Shown: positions 27,754-38,198 of the stretch, piece after piece | Position numbering within the stretch: the stretch's first letter is position 1 | Layout: each line of letters begins with the position of its first letter | The notes under the pieces: generated by a model | Databases searched by the model: none | Seen by the model: the letters and a program-made list of their open reading frames with translations, nothing else | What the model was told of the DNA's origin: nothing | DNA from: a virus | Taxonomy: Duplodnaviria > Caudoviricetes | DNA: 64,000 nt | IMG/VR virus record: IMGVR_UViG_3300021387_000661 | Coordinates: 1-64,000 of that record | Strand: one strand, 5' to 3' | Position numbers and translations under genes: made by a program

Positions 27754-30342
27754 ATGCCGACAACACCACATGATATGAGATACTTGAATAGGATTTCATT
27801 AAAGAAATACTATGAGAATTCAAGGAACAGTATAGAAGACCCTCTTTTCACTGGGTTTACTCTTGATATTGATCAATTACATTCACCATTGTTTTATGCA
27901 TTGGCAGGGGATGAGTATAATAAATCAGAATCATTAAGGTCATCTGAAGGTACTAATGTTGACCTGGCAAAAAGCATAGAAGAAAAATTAAATAATGTAT
28001 ATAAATTACATGTCTATGGTTCTCCGAATAGTTATGAAATCAATACATTATATACAAAGGACACACTGGGTGACAGAAGGGCAGGATATGGTTTACAGGA
28101 TAAGTACTATATTGATAATGTTCTTTATGGTGCAGTAGATTATATTTATATGGTTGATAAGGTTACCAGTGGTATCTTCACTGATGATTATGGTGTTTCT
28201 GATATAGGTAATGGTACTGCCGTATCAAGTGTATATGATGAATATAATAATGATATTGAGTCTTCCCAAGCACTTCAACAGGCATTATCAGATATGAATG
28301 AACAGTTGACAAATGCCACAATTGATGATGAGACTGGAGAACTGATTATAGATTATGATTTAACAGCAGAACAGCTCTCACCAAAAGAGGCATTAAATAG
28401 GGAAATTGAACAAAGGGAAAATGGAATTACAGAAGAAGACAAAGCACAACATGAGGAAAATGAGAAAGCATGTAAGAAGGCAAAGGAGGCTGTAGATGAA
28501 AAACTTAAAGAGTATAAAAAGATACAAGATGATATTGATGCTTTAGAGAAATCAATAAATGATGATATGAGAAAGGTTCTTGATGATTTGGATAAATTAA
28601 AGCAAGATATGACAAAATATCAGTCTGAATTGAAAAGTAATGGTGGGAAAGAAGATACAAGAAATAATATAGAAAAAAAATATAAGGAATATGAAACTTT
28701 TATAGATGAAAATAATCTCAAGACAAATTTTAAAAATATAGAAGTTACACCTTATAAGCCTACTGATGAAGTTATTAATAGTGAGATAAATGGGCTAAGT
28801 ACTTCTGAAAGGAAGGATGAAAATCATTTTAGAAACATATTTAGAGTTTTAAAGACAACAATAACAGAAAGAAATGTTACTCAAGAGATAAAAAATATAA
28901 GGCAGGAAAAATTAGAGGATAAAAAGCAGTTGGAAAAAGAATTGTATGGTATTGATGCTGAAGACCGAATTGGATCTGAAGTTTCTCCTGTAGAACCAAG
29001 TCTTTATTATACATATAATAAAGCAAAGAATGAGATGAATAATGATATTTATTCTCAAAAAAATTATGATATATATAAATTAAAAAACGCTTCTGATAAT
29101 CTTGAAGATGTTCAAAAATATAATGATATTCAAGCTGCAAAAAAACAGATAACTAAAAATTTACCTTCATCTGATTTTACAGGTAATAAAGAAACAAAAA
29201 CAGAAATATTTGAAGTTCCGCAGACAGTCTATGATATGATGGGATTCATTAATGGTATGAAAGATATCATTACAAAGTATCCATATGTTTTACAGTCAAT
29301 CACAGGACTTGATGAGGCATATAAGAAATATTTTGGAATCAAAGATCCATATATGGGTTCAGGAGATGATAAGATTACCATTGAATGTCTGGAGTTCCTT
29401 GATATGAGAGTATCTTCTATGTTCAACAAATATTTCAATGCAGTATATGATAGACAATATAGAAGAGAGAGAGTTCCTGTTAATTTGAGAAGATTTAATT
29501 GTTCTGTTTTTGTACATGATATTAGAAACTTCAAGGATTCTCTTAATGGTGATAAATTTGTTGAAGGTGTTGATTTATCTACCATTGCAGAGATGGCGCT
29601 CAATTATGTTTCAGTAGTGGAATTTAAATTTTATGATTGTGAAATAGTGCCAGATGAAACAGGAGATATATTTGATAGTATATCCAACATCCCAAGTAGT
29701 GAAATGAAAAAAACAAATTTCACATTTACCTATGGAAACTGTGTGATCAACTTCCTGCCATTTGAGGATTTGAGAAAATATTTACTTAATCAGGATATTG
29801 AAAAAATTAAACCTAAAACAGTTACGACTACTATTAGTTCCACAGATGATTCATTCTCTGGAATTATTGATAATGGTGTAGATGGAAACTTCAGAAGATG
29901 GTTTGATAAGTCTCCTCTTGGTAATGTGAACAACAATGATTATAGAGATTATATCAGACATGATTCCGCAGTTGCTGTTGATGATCATTATAAAACAACA
30001 ATAGTAAATAATTTTGCAATGAATTCTGTTGTTGAAAAGAATCAGCAATTGACTGCAATGGATGATGCATTAAGAAGGATAGTTACAGGTATATCAGCAT
30101 CTACAGGTATTCCAGTTCCTGGGGTTACAGATGCATTGAACATCAAGTTTATTGACCCTATCATCAATGAAAAGGATAAGGCTGCACCGGTTGTTAAAGA
30201 TTTAGGTAATGTAACCAACAGTAAGGTTGTTGATGAAAACACAATGGAATATATAGGACAAGTAATTGATTCTGAAAAACAGGAACCGACTGTTGTTAAA
30301 AATCTTGGGAATATAAATAATCCAGAAAAAGGTGGTAAGTAA
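27754..30342 (+). CDS. structural protein with a tail-tube-like domain and a long coiled-coil insertion
   Basis: ITIECLEFLDMR...FNCSVFVHD...FKFYDCE...FTFTY beta pattern; central charged helical region. Confidence 0.4.
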   Translation: MPTTPHDMRYLNRISLKKYYENSRNSIEDPLFTGFTLDIDQLHSPLFYALAGDEYNKSESLRSSEGTNVDLAKSIEEKLNNVYKLHVYGSPNSYEINTLYTKDTLGDRRAGYGLQDKYYIDNVLYGAVDYIYMVDKVTSGIFTDDYGVSDIGNGTAVSSVYDEYNNDIESSQALQQALSDMNEQLTNATIDDETGELIIDYDLTAEQLSPKEALNREIEQRENGITEEDKAQHEENEKACKKAKEAVDEKLKEYKKIQDDIDALEKSINDDMRKVLDDLDKLKQDMTKYQSELKSNGGKEDTRNNIEKKYKEYETFIDENNLKTNFKNIEVTPYKPTDEVINSEINGLSTSERKDENHFRNIFRVLKTTITERNVTQEIKNIRQEKLEDKKQLEKELYGIDAEDRIGSEVSPVEPSLYYTYNKAKNEMNNDIYSQKNYDIYKLKNASDNLEDVQKYNDIQAAKKQITKNLPSSDFTGNKETKTEIFEVPQTVYDMMGFINGMKDIITKYPYVLQSITGLDEAYKKYFGIKDPYMGSGDDKITIECLEFLDMRVSSMFNKYFNAVYDRQYRRERVPVNLRRFNCSVFVHDIRNFKDSLNGDKFVEGVDLSTIAEMALNYVSVVEFKFYDCEIVPDETGDIFDSISNIPSSEMKKTNFTFTYGNCVINFLPFEDLRKYLLNQDIEKIKPKTVTTTISSTDDSFSGIIDNGVDGNFRRWFDKSPLGNVNNNDYRDYIRHDSAVAVDDHYKTTIVNNFAMNSVVEKNQQLTAMDDALRRIVTGISASTGIPVPGVTDALNIKFIDPIINEKDKAAPVVKDLGNVTNSKVVDENTMEYIGQVIDSEKQEPTVVKNLGNINNPEKGGK

Positions 30343-30399
30343 CCACCTTTTTTGATATAAAAAAACAGGGCACGAGATGATTCTTGTCATTCGTGCCCC
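30326..30399. terminator. two opposed terminators between convergent structural operons
   Basis: AAAAAGGTGGT/ACCACCTTTTT and GGGCACGA/TCGTGCCC hairpins. Confidence 0.75.
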
Positions 30400-30427
30400 G
30401 AAACTCCTTCTGACTTCAGATGAGCAA

Positions 30428-30712
30428 TTATAATTTAGGCATTTGAATATTTGGCATTTTAGGCATATTCTTTTGTGCCTGATGCATCATATTGTCCGGA
30501 TTATATTTCTTTTCATCATATCCTTGTTTCCTTGCCTCTTCATCTTCAGCTTTCTTTCTTTCTTCAAGAATGTCTGAATAATGCTTCAGTATATTTTCAA
30601 AGATATAGAATTGAAGATTCATAATGGTGTCATAGGACATATGGAGTTGTTCCATAGCTATGACAATATTATTATAGAAGTTCGTCTCTGAGATCAGAAA
30701 TTGTTGGAACAA
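30428..30712 (-). CDS. gp51-like baseplate hub assembly protein (possibly a frameshift product)
   Basis: MEQLHMSYDTIMNLQFYIFE resembles the gp51/tail chaperone C-part; overlaps the upstream gene and has only a TTG start. Confidence 0.5.
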   Translation of the reverse strand: MFQQFLISETNFYNNIVIAMEQLHMSYDTIMNLQFYIFENILKHYSDILEERKKAEDEEARKQGYDEKKYNPDNMMHQAQKNMPKMPNIQMPKL

Positions 30713-31649
30713 ATAAAGATCTGAATCCGTCGGGAAAGGTGACTGGAATTACCAGCTCACCTCCACATGAGGTACAAGTTTCCTTAATTGTATACTCAAT
30801 ACCAACATTGATTTCATCCTTGAGTCTGAGGACCAGGGCAAACTTTTCAGTAGGCCAACCGGCAAGTTCAGTAATTTTTGTGAATACTTGTTTACCTGTG
30901 AATGTTCTCCAGTCTTTGATGACATAAGGAAGAATGTCTGCAAGGGCAGCATCAATCTTTTTATCTTCCAACTGCTGTTCCCTAATCCAGTCTGCAATTA
31001 TAGATGTTACACCAATTGTAGGAGGATATAATTTAATTACACCAAATCTCTTTGTCTGGATATTATAACATTTTTCTGCTGGATCATAATACTTTTCAAG
31101 TTTTTCACTTGGCTTAAGGAATTCCAGTTTGCTTGAATCAAAGTACACAGTCTCCTGAGGTTTACATCCTGGTGTTTTACATGCACCTTCAGGAACAGGG
31201 ATGGAGATACTTGATTGACCATTGATAAAGGTGAGTTCCCTGATTTTGAATACAAGGACAATACGATCATCTTCAAGGATATCCTTATAATGACCAGGTG
31301 TGTTACCATAATAAACTTTTGTACACTGTGATACAATATAAGTCATTTTATCCCTGATATCCTTTGGATCTTCTTCATTGATGATGGAGAACTCCCTGAT
31401 TTCTCCAACCCTAGCAGCCCTGATACTGATTCTTGTTCCTTCTGGGTAAAATCTTCCCTGACTTGGAAGAGTTTCAAGAGGGATGTTTACATACTCCATA
31501 GAACTCTTGATTCTTTCAAGTTCCGGATCCTCAATGTTTTTATTGAGATTTACTTTACCAAGATTAGTTACAGTTTCCTGAGATTCATTTTGAGTAGATT
31601 CAAATTCTTCACGAATCTGCTCTTCATAGTTATCTACATTTTTACTCAT
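30672..31649 (-). CDS. gp26-like baseplate hub/tail assembly chaperone
   Basis: LPSQGRFYP, D...LVFKIRELTF, C..PGC and CTSCG Zn motifs. Confidence 0.65.
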   Translation of the reverse strand: MSKNVDNYEEQIREEFESTQNESQETVTNLGKVNLNKNIEDPELERIKSSMEYVNIPLETLPSQGRFYPEGTRISIRAARVGEIREFSIINEEDPKDIRDKMTYIVSQCTKVYYGNTPGHYKDILEDDRIVLVFKIRELTFINGQSSISIPVPEGACKTPGCKPQETVYFDSSKLEFLKPSEKLEKYYDPAEKCYNIQTKRFGVIKLYPPTIGVTSIIADWIREQQLEDKKIDAALADILPYVIKDWRTFTGKQVFTKITELAGWPTEKFALVLRLKDEINVGIEYTIKETCTSCGGELVIPVTFPDGFRSLFVPTISDLRDELL

Positions 31650-31688
31650 ACTTATAAAATATAATATAAACTAAATATAACAAAAAAA

Positions 31689-34607
31689 TTAATCATCCAA
31701 TGTAAGGACAACTCTTCTACCTGTTTCATTGTTAACAACCAGTTTGACATCTGATATATTGGTCTCCACATTTACAGGGAGTTGTTTGATTGCATTTGCA
31801 ATGGCTGATGCCAATTCATCTTTATTGTTGATATTGATTGCATTACCCATAGGTGTTTTATCACCTGTTGTAATCGGTGTGTTGGACATTGAGTTATTTG
31901 ATTCTCCAAATGTATTTAATGACTCAATAAGGTCAGAACAGGATTCAGAGAATTTGTCCACTGCCTTTGTAAATGCATCTATTGGTTTATCCTTTATGTC
32001 AGAGAATGCTTTGAATATTTCCACAACTGTAGATGCCTTTGTTATGTCAAGCGCATTGACGGTATCTACTGTTGTTTTGAATGGTAAGGCAAAGTTCTTT
32101 AAAACTTTTATCAATTTTATATTTCCACCATTATTAAGTTTTTGAAGGTCTGCAACATTTAGTATTAAACCATTGATGGTTTTATTTATATTTTTTAATG
32201 ATACATCCGGGTTGAAACTTTCCCAAGGTTTAAGGTGTTGTATTACTGGTGAGAATGTTTTTACAATAGTTGATAATGAACCTATCTTTGCAAGCAGATT
32301 TCCACCTTCAGCAGCATTGGCCATACCTTCAGCTGCTTTTCCAACAGTCTTACCTATATTTGCAAAAAAATTTCCAACCTTTTGTAGGATTCCACTTTTA
32401 TTTTCTGCTTCTTTTAACTCTCTAAGACCAAACAAATCAAGTAAACCATTGATGGTTTTACCCATATTTTCAATAGATTTCTGACCACCATTGTAATTTT
32501 CCCAAGGCATTATAGATTCTTTAATCTTTGCTGCCATACCAGTTGCCAGGGCAATGGTTCCCATCTTTATTAATACACCACCGGAATTTAATAATGATGT
32601 GGCCAAATCGAGCATTCCACCAGCAAGATGAAGGAGTTTGAAACCTTGAGGGGCAGTATCATCAAGACCAAAAACAGATATCAGTTCTTTTATAGTGTCA
32701 CCCATCTTTTGAATTGCATTAACACCATTGTAATTTTCCCAAGGTTTAAGGTTGAGTTTAATGATGTCAGCAAGACCTGTGGCAAGCATAATGGTACCCA
32801 TTTTAACCAGGACACCACCAGCACTCATCAATGTACTTGCCAAATCAAGCGGTCCACCTAAAAATCTTAATGTTTTTTGTCCAAAATTTTCATTTGTTTT
32901 ATCATTAAGTCCAAATGCATCTTTTAGGGAATAAAAAGCAGTCTTTAAGTTTTCTGCTGCTGGTTTTGCATTGAATTTATTCCAGGGGATTAAGGTAAGT
33001 CTGATAACATCAGCCATACCTGTGGCAAGGGTGATGGTACCCATTTTGGCAATAACCTCTCCACCTTGTAATAAAGCAATTGCCATATCAAGTACTTTAC
33101 CACCAAATTTTTTTAATTTTCCCTTAAGTCCTTCCTTCTTACCATTTTTGTCATCACCAAGACCAAATGCATCTTTCACAGCACCAATACCAATTTCAAG
33201 ATTTTTTGCTGCCTTGACACCATTGAAGTTATCCCATGCCTTTAATCCTTTGTATAAAATTCCAAGTCCAGCTCCGGCAAGGAGTAACTGACCCATAATA
33301 AAGAATGATGAACCAAAATTAAGAACACCCATAGCAATATCCATAACACCCCCAGAAAGTCTTTGGAAAAATGTTTTCTTTTCATTACCCTTTCCCAGTT
33401 CCAGACCAAATATATCTCTCAATCCACCAACTGCTTCTTGTATGTTGGTCATTGCTGTTTTTGTATCCAGAGATCTCCAGGAATCTATCACAACACCAAA
33501 GACACCAAGACCCGCACTCAACAAAAGTAATGAAGCACTACCAACTGCTATGGGTACTGCAAGTAGTCCAACACCTGCTACAGTAAGTCCAACACCTGCT
33601 ATACTTGCCATCATCAATCCAATATCCTTGAGTTTCATATCTTTGACTGCCTTCATCATAAGTCCCAAACCAAGGGCAAAAGTGATGATACTTGTACTCA
33701 TAAGTAGCAAAACTGTGGCACCTTTCTTTACATGTCTGTCCACCTTACTTAAACCAACCATAGTACCTGTCATCAACCAGATGACACCCTTTACAAGAAG
33801 AGCACCAAGCATTGCAGGAATAGCGACAGCTGCTACACCTGTAAGGATTATAGATGTTAAGAACATTGAACCACATGCCTTAAGGATATTGGACATTGAC
33901 TTCTTACCTCTTTCAATTTTGTCTTTGTTCTCATCTATTTTCTGGAACAGTCCAAGAAGTCCTCCATTTTTATCTCTTTTACCACCAAGGAATATTTTCT
34001 GAATTGCCTTTGATCCTCTCTGTGCCGGTCCTGCTATTTTTGCAGTCTTGGCAAGTTTACCCATCATTTCAGTAGAAGTATTGATGAAATTCATTGTGTT
34101 TTCAACTTCTTTCTGATTCTTGAATTCCCTGAACATCTCCAAAGACTTTGACATTATCTGTTTAAGATGTTTGAGTTTTAATTTGGTGAGGATAAAGTCC
34201 TTGATGTTTATATTTTTTAATTTCTTTATGGCATCAATTGAATTGGATAATCCTCCAAATCCCTTGTCATTATTTTCTCCTCTGAAATTATTTCTTGTGA
34301 GTGTTCTGCCTTTATCAGACATTTTATCCATCTTGAGCAGAATTTTATTAAGGGTATTGGATATTGAATTTGTATTTTTGATGAGATTTTTATTACCATT
34401 GGCAGATGTGATTTTACCAGTTAATTTATTTAATCTGTTTTGTTTATCTACATTATCCAATTTTTTGTTTATAGACATCAAAGAAGAAAGGATGCCACCA
34501 CATACGGCGTCCTTTATTTCCTTTACATCGGGTTTGATACTTTTGTTTGTGTCATCAGCGATCTGAGCAAGCTTTGTTGTCAGTGCCTGTAAACTTTTAT
34601 CTGCCAT
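31689..34607 (-). CDS. tape-measure-like protein
   Basis: A/G/L-rich helical protein with hydrophobic segments and about six 80-90 aa repeats marked by (P/A/S)W..(F/Y/L)(N/D); ATG at 34607 after CATAAATA. Confidence 0.65.
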   Translation of the reverse strand: MADKSLQALTTKLAQIADDTNKSIKPDVKEIKDAVCGGILSSLMSINKKLDNVDKQNRLNKLTGKITSANGNKNLIKNTNSISNTLNKILLKMDKMSDKGRTLTRNNFRGENNDKGFGGLSNSIDAIKKLKNINIKDFILTKLKLKHLKQIMSKSLEMFREFKNQKEVENTMNFINTSTEMMGKLAKTAKIAGPAQRGSKAIQKIFLGGKRDKNGGLLGLFQKIDENKDKIERGKKSMSNILKACGSMFLTSIILTGVAAVAIPAMLGALLVKGVIWLMTGTMVGLSKVDRHVKKGATVLLLMSTSIITFALGLGLMMKAVKDMKLKDIGLMMASIAGVGLTVAGVGLLAVPIAVGSASLLLLSAGLGVFGVVIDSWRSLDTKTAMTNIQEAVGGLRDIFGLELGKGNEKKTFFQRLSGGVMDIAMGVLNFGSSFFIMGQLLLAGAGLGILYKGLKAWDNFNGVKAAKNLEIGIGAVKDAFGLGDDKNGKKEGLKGKLKKFGGKVLDMAIALLQGGEVIAKMGTITLATGMADVIRLTLIPWNKFNAKPAAENLKTAFYSLKDAFGLNDKTNENFGQKTLRFLGGPLDLASTLMSAGGVLVKMGTIMLATGLADIIKLNLKPWENYNGVNAIQKMGDTIKELISVFGLDDTAPQGFKLLHLAGGMLDLATSLLNSGGVLIKMGTIALATGMAAKIKESIMPWENYNGGQKSIENMGKTINGLLDLFGLRELKEAENKSGILQKVGNFFANIGKTVGKAAEGMANAAEGGNLLAKIGSLSTIVKTFSPVIQHLKPWESFNPDVSLKNINKTINGLILNVADLQKLNNGGNIKLIKVLKNFALPFKTTVDTVNALDITKASTVVEIFKAFSDIKDKPIDAFTKAVDKFSESCSDLIESLNTFGESNNSMSNTPITTGDKTPMGNAININNKDELASAIANAIKQLPVNVETNISDVKLVVNNETGRRVVLTLDD

Positions 34608-34641
34608 TAAATGCAATTATCTTATGTATTATATTTATGAC

Positions 34642-35133
34642 TCAAAGGAAATTAAGGTTGGATTTTTCAGTTACATAAACAAAGTTGTAACCATTTTCAG
34701 CACACCATTTTTTAGCATACTGTCTCTTGCAGGTATTCTTTATGAATGCCTCCATCAGGTAGTTGTAATTCTGAACCGCCTTGAGTGTTTTTCTTTTTGG
34801 TTCTTCTGGCTTCTGTAATTGTGATGTAGGTTTTACCTCTACAATATATTTCACAATCTTACCATCTGGTTTCTGATAAGCAAAGTAGAAATCAGGATAA
34901 TAGGTGTGTATTCTGTTGTCCAGGGTGTAGAAATACTTGATGGACACGGGTTCAGAAGCCCACTCCACCACTTCAGGTGTGAGATCCAACCATTTACATA
35001 ATTTAAATTCCCAGGAAGACCTATATATAATCTGTTTTGAATTGGTCTTATATTTTTGTGGATAGGAAGGTTCATAGTAACCTTGCTTGAACTGTCCACC
35101 CCTTTTGGGTTTCAGGTCTTTTATTCCTGCCAT
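34642..35133 (-). CDS. T4 gp4-like head completion nuclease (TnsA-like)
   Basis: FKQG, IIYRSSWE, WASEP, YYPDF, VEVKP. Confidence 0.85.
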   Translation of the reverse strand: MAGIKDLKPKRGGQFKQGYYEPSYPQKYKTNSKQIIYRSSWEFKLCKWLDLTPEVVEWASEPVSIKYFYTLDNRIHTYYPDFYFAYQKPDGKIVKYIVEVKPTSQLQKPEEPKRKTLKAVQNYNYLMEAFIKNTCKRQYAKKWCAENGYNFVYVTEKSNLNFL

Positions 35134-35171
35134 AAATTTGTTATTTTTACAAAAGATAATTATATATATTT

Positions 35172-35867
35172 ATGGAAAATAATAGTTTTTACACAAAAGG
35201 AGAGAAAGAAGAAATTGTTTCCAGGATAAATCAAGTACATACAATAACTATGTTTTGTCCCATTGGAGATTATTGTGTGCAGTCATTGAAAAATTCATTT
35301 GAGACGATGTTACCTAAATATAAGAAATCAGATGACCTGTGGAAGGGAATACCCGCCATTGAAGCATTGAATGCATTTGTTTTTACAATTTCATTTTTAA
35401 ATACATCTGGTCTGGATGTTAATAAAGATATATTTGGTATAATCGCTGGCTCATTGAAGATGTTTAAAAAATTGAAGAAAATCAATTTTAAGTTTACAGA
35501 TGATGCTGATATCGCCGATACATATGACAGTCTACTGAAAAAATCCAAAGAGGGAGTGAAAAGATGTATATATAATGTTGATGTTCTTGAAATGAATCTT
35601 TCTGATATGTTTTCTCAATCAATCATAGATTTGTTGAACAAGGTGTTTGTATATAATGAACTTATTCCAAATTCATATCTTGAGAGAAAATTCAAATTGG
35701 ATTTTAAATATGATGAGTATATTACATTTATGGATATGTTCATAAGTAACAATAGGGATAATTTAAATTTATTGGACAGTAAGATATGTGATTACTTCAG
35801 GTCATTTCCTCCATTGGTAAATGAACATAAACCCAAAATAAGAATTATAACCAATTATATTGATTAA
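35172..35867 (+). CDS. hypothetical protein
   Basis: ORF after promoter motif A at 35137. Confidence 0.65.
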   Translation: MENNSFYTKGEKEEIVSRINQVHTITMFCPIGDYCVQSLKNSFETMLPKYKKSDDLWKGIPAIEALNAFVFTISFLNTSGLDVNKDIFGIIAGSLKMFKKLKKINFKFTDDADIADTYDSLLKKSKEGVKRCIYNVDVLEMNLSDMFSQSIIDLLNKVFVYNELIPNSYLERKFKLDFKYDEYITFMDMFISNNRDNLNLLDSKICDYFRSFPPLVNEHKPKIRIITNYID

Positions 35868-35890
35868 TACAATTTGTTATATTTAATTAT

Positions 35891-37075
35891 ATGAAAAGAT
35901 TTACATTAATTATAGATGGACATAATTTCTTTTACAGAAGTATCTGGTCTACATTTAAACAGAGTAGTAAGAAGATACTTACCACCCAGAAAGATATGGA
36001 TACTTTTGAGAAGAAATTGATGGTTGATTTCTGTGCTGTCATCAAGCAGTTGGGACCAGTCATCAATGATGTTGTTTTCATTAGGGACAGTCATTCTTGG
36101 AGAAAGGATTTACTTCTTCAACAGGAGTATAAAGGAAATAGAAAGAAAGTCCAGGAAGAGATAGACAAGAATGGTTTTAATACAGTTACTGCAAACTTTA
36201 TTGATACATTGAGAAATATTGGTGTCAAGGTTAGTTATGCAGAAAGGAGTGAGGGTGATGATTTGATTTATGCCTGGAGTGAACATCTCTTTAATGAAGG
36301 TAAGTCAAGTCTTATCTTGTCAACAGATAAAGACCTCAATCAACTTGTGAAGTGTGTTGATGGTGTCCATATCATTCAATATGGACCAGTAAATAATAAA
36401 CTGTGGGTATCAGAAGGTACTAAAAAGTTTATTGACAAGTTGAATGAGAAACATGAAGTCACCCAGGAGAATCTGTTCAATGAGATATTCACCATCTCCA
36501 TTGAGAATGATCCATTTGAGAGATTTATTGAAACAACCAATGTTGAAGTAGTGGATCCCGAAGTGGTGAGATTTATGAAGATTATAGGTGGTGATACTTC
36601 TGATAACATATATCCTGTGTATTATAAACCAGGTACAGAAACAACAAAGGCAAAGGGTCTTGGTCCAAAGACTGTTGAGAAGATATACAACCAATTCAAG
36701 GAGAAACTTGGATGTGAGTTTGACTATCATATCTATGGTCAGGAAGATACAGTCAAGATGCTGTGTAATATCATTTATGATGTTGCAAAAATCAATGATG
36801 AGAACTTTACCAGGAGGATGTTGTATGAGAATATAAAGACCAATGCATCTTTGGTATCTTTAACAAGTGAAACCATTCCTGAAGATGTGTTGAATAATAT
36901 GTCAACAGATATTCTTCTTGAAGATTCAAAGAATCCAGTTATTCTTTCAAAAATTACAAAGGAGACTATTTTCTCAAAATCAAGATTCAAGGATTATAAA
37001 TCCAGTATCCAAATGAGAAGTAATGTGATGAAAGGAGTTAAGGATGATGGTGATATGAGTTTTATAAAAGGATAA
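35891..37075 (+). CDS. 5'-3' exonuclease / T4 RNase H-like flap nuclease
   Basis: LIIDGHN, SWRK, YKGNR, EGDDLI, STDKDLNQL, GGDTSDNI. Confidence 0.88.
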   Translation: MKRFTLIIDGHNFFYRSIWSTFKQSSKKILTTQKDMDTFEKKLMVDFCAVIKQLGPVINDVVFIRDSHSWRKDLLLQQEYKGNRKKVQEEIDKNGFNTVTANFIDTLRNIGVKVSYAERSEGDDLIYAWSEHLFNEGKSSLILSTDKDLNQLVKCVDGVHIIQYGPVNNKLWVSEGTKKFIDKLNEKHEVTQENLFNEIFTISIENDPFERFIETTNVEVVDPEVVRFMKIIGGDTSDNIYPVYYKPGTETTKAKGLGPKTVEKIYNQFKEKLGCEFDYHIYGQEDTVKMLCNIIYDVAKINDENFTRRMLYENIKTNASLVSLTSETIPEDVLNNMSTDILLEDSKNPVILSKITKETIFSKSRFKDYKSSIQMRSNVMKGVKDDGDMSFIKG

Positions 37076-37285
37076 ATGATGAGTAAAACTGTGATAAAGA
37101 TAAGAAGAAAGACTGATGGTAAAATCCTGACAGATGTTATAAATGATGTCTGTCAGGTTCATAATATCTATGATGGTGACAATCTAATTCTTTCTGAAAA
37201 GGAATGGTTTATTGGGTATTCAGAGTGTGATGGATTTTTTGAAACATCTGATTTTGAGGAGGTTAAAGATGAAAGAGTTTTTTGA
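37076..37285 (+). CDS. small hypothetical protein
   Basis: abuts the exonuclease stop codon. Confidence 0.5.
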   Translation: MMSKTVIKIRRKTDGKILTDVINDVCQVHNIYDGDNLILSEKEWFIGYSECDGFFETSDFEEVKDERVF

Positions 37286-37739
37286 GGTTTTGAACTGTTA
37301 TTGTAATAGAAATTCTGGAGCAGTAACAAAAGATGAAAAAAGAAAATATTCATATCTTTTACGTAGAGTATTTTCTGCACAGTTTCCTCTTCAGTGTGAG
37401 TTGGTGAACAGGTTGGACAGTGATCCACTTGTTGATGCAGAAGTTATATCTTTACTTGCCTTGAGGTTTAATGGACTTCCATCTTTTCTTAAGACCAGGA
37501 TAGATCAGAAAAAGAAGAAGGAGACTATCAGGACTTATTATGAGGATGAGGTATTGAATAAGTATATGGAGATAAATGAGTGCGGTATTAGGGAAGTTGA
37601 AGAGGCATATGCTGTCAATAAATCAGAAGTGGATAATGCACTTAAACTCATCAAGTCTAATTTCTTTAATAATAAGGAAAAGGTCTTGGTGAATAAGAAT
37701 ACCAATAAAGAAGAAGAAACTGAAAAAACATTATTTTAA
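37269..37739 (+). CDS. hypothetical protein (weak resemblance to clamp-loader small subunit gp62)
   Basis: probable ATG at 37269; replication cluster context. Confidence 0.4.
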   Translation: MKEFFEVLNCYCNRNSGAVTKDEKRKYSYLLRRVFSAQFPLQCELVNRLDSDPLVDAEVISLLALRFNGLPSFLKTRIDQKKKKETIRTYYEDEVLNKYMEINECGIREVEEAYAVNKSEVDNALKLIKSNFFNNKEKVLVNKNTNKEEETEKTLF

Positions 37740-37741
37740 TT

Positions 37742-37942
37742 ATGGAAGTCGAGACTAAATTTAATATTGGTGATAATGTTTATTTTATTACTGATAATAA
37801 AGTTCAGAAAATGGACATAACTGGTATCTCAATATCTGTAAATGGTAATGAATCAAATATTGAATACACATTACACTTTGACACTAATATCAATGAAAAT
37901 TTGGTATTTGCATCAAAGGAAGAACTATTAAAATCATTGTAA
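37742..37942 (+). CDS. small hypothetical protein (KFNIGD...KEELLKSL family)
   Basis: paralogous with the next gene. Confidence 0.6.
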   Translation: MEVETKFNIGDNVYFITDNKVQKMDITGISISVNGNESNIEYTLHFDTNINENLVFASKEELLKSL

Positions 37943-37943
37943 T

Positions 37944-38198
37944 ATGAAAAAGGAATTTAAGTATAAGCCGGGAGACCTTGTTTGGTTTATGCATGAAAAT
38001 AAACCAATCTGTGCTAAAATTTCAAGGGCTTTATATAGGAAGTCTATTAGTTGTGTTGATTTTGAGACTATATCTGAATCAGAAAGATATTATGTTACTT
38101 TACATATAAAGGATGCACCTTGTGCTTTAAAAGAACTTGGTGATTATGGAACAGAGGATTTGTTTGATGATAAACAGAGTTTATTAAAATCCTTATAA
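37944..38198 (+). CDS. small hypothetical protein (KYKPGD...KQSLLKSL family)
   Basis: paralogous with the previous gene. Confidence 0.6.
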   Translation: MKKEFKYKPGDLVWFMHENKPICAKISRALYRKSISCVDFETISESERYYVTLHIKDAPCALKELGDYGTEDLFDDKQSLLKSL

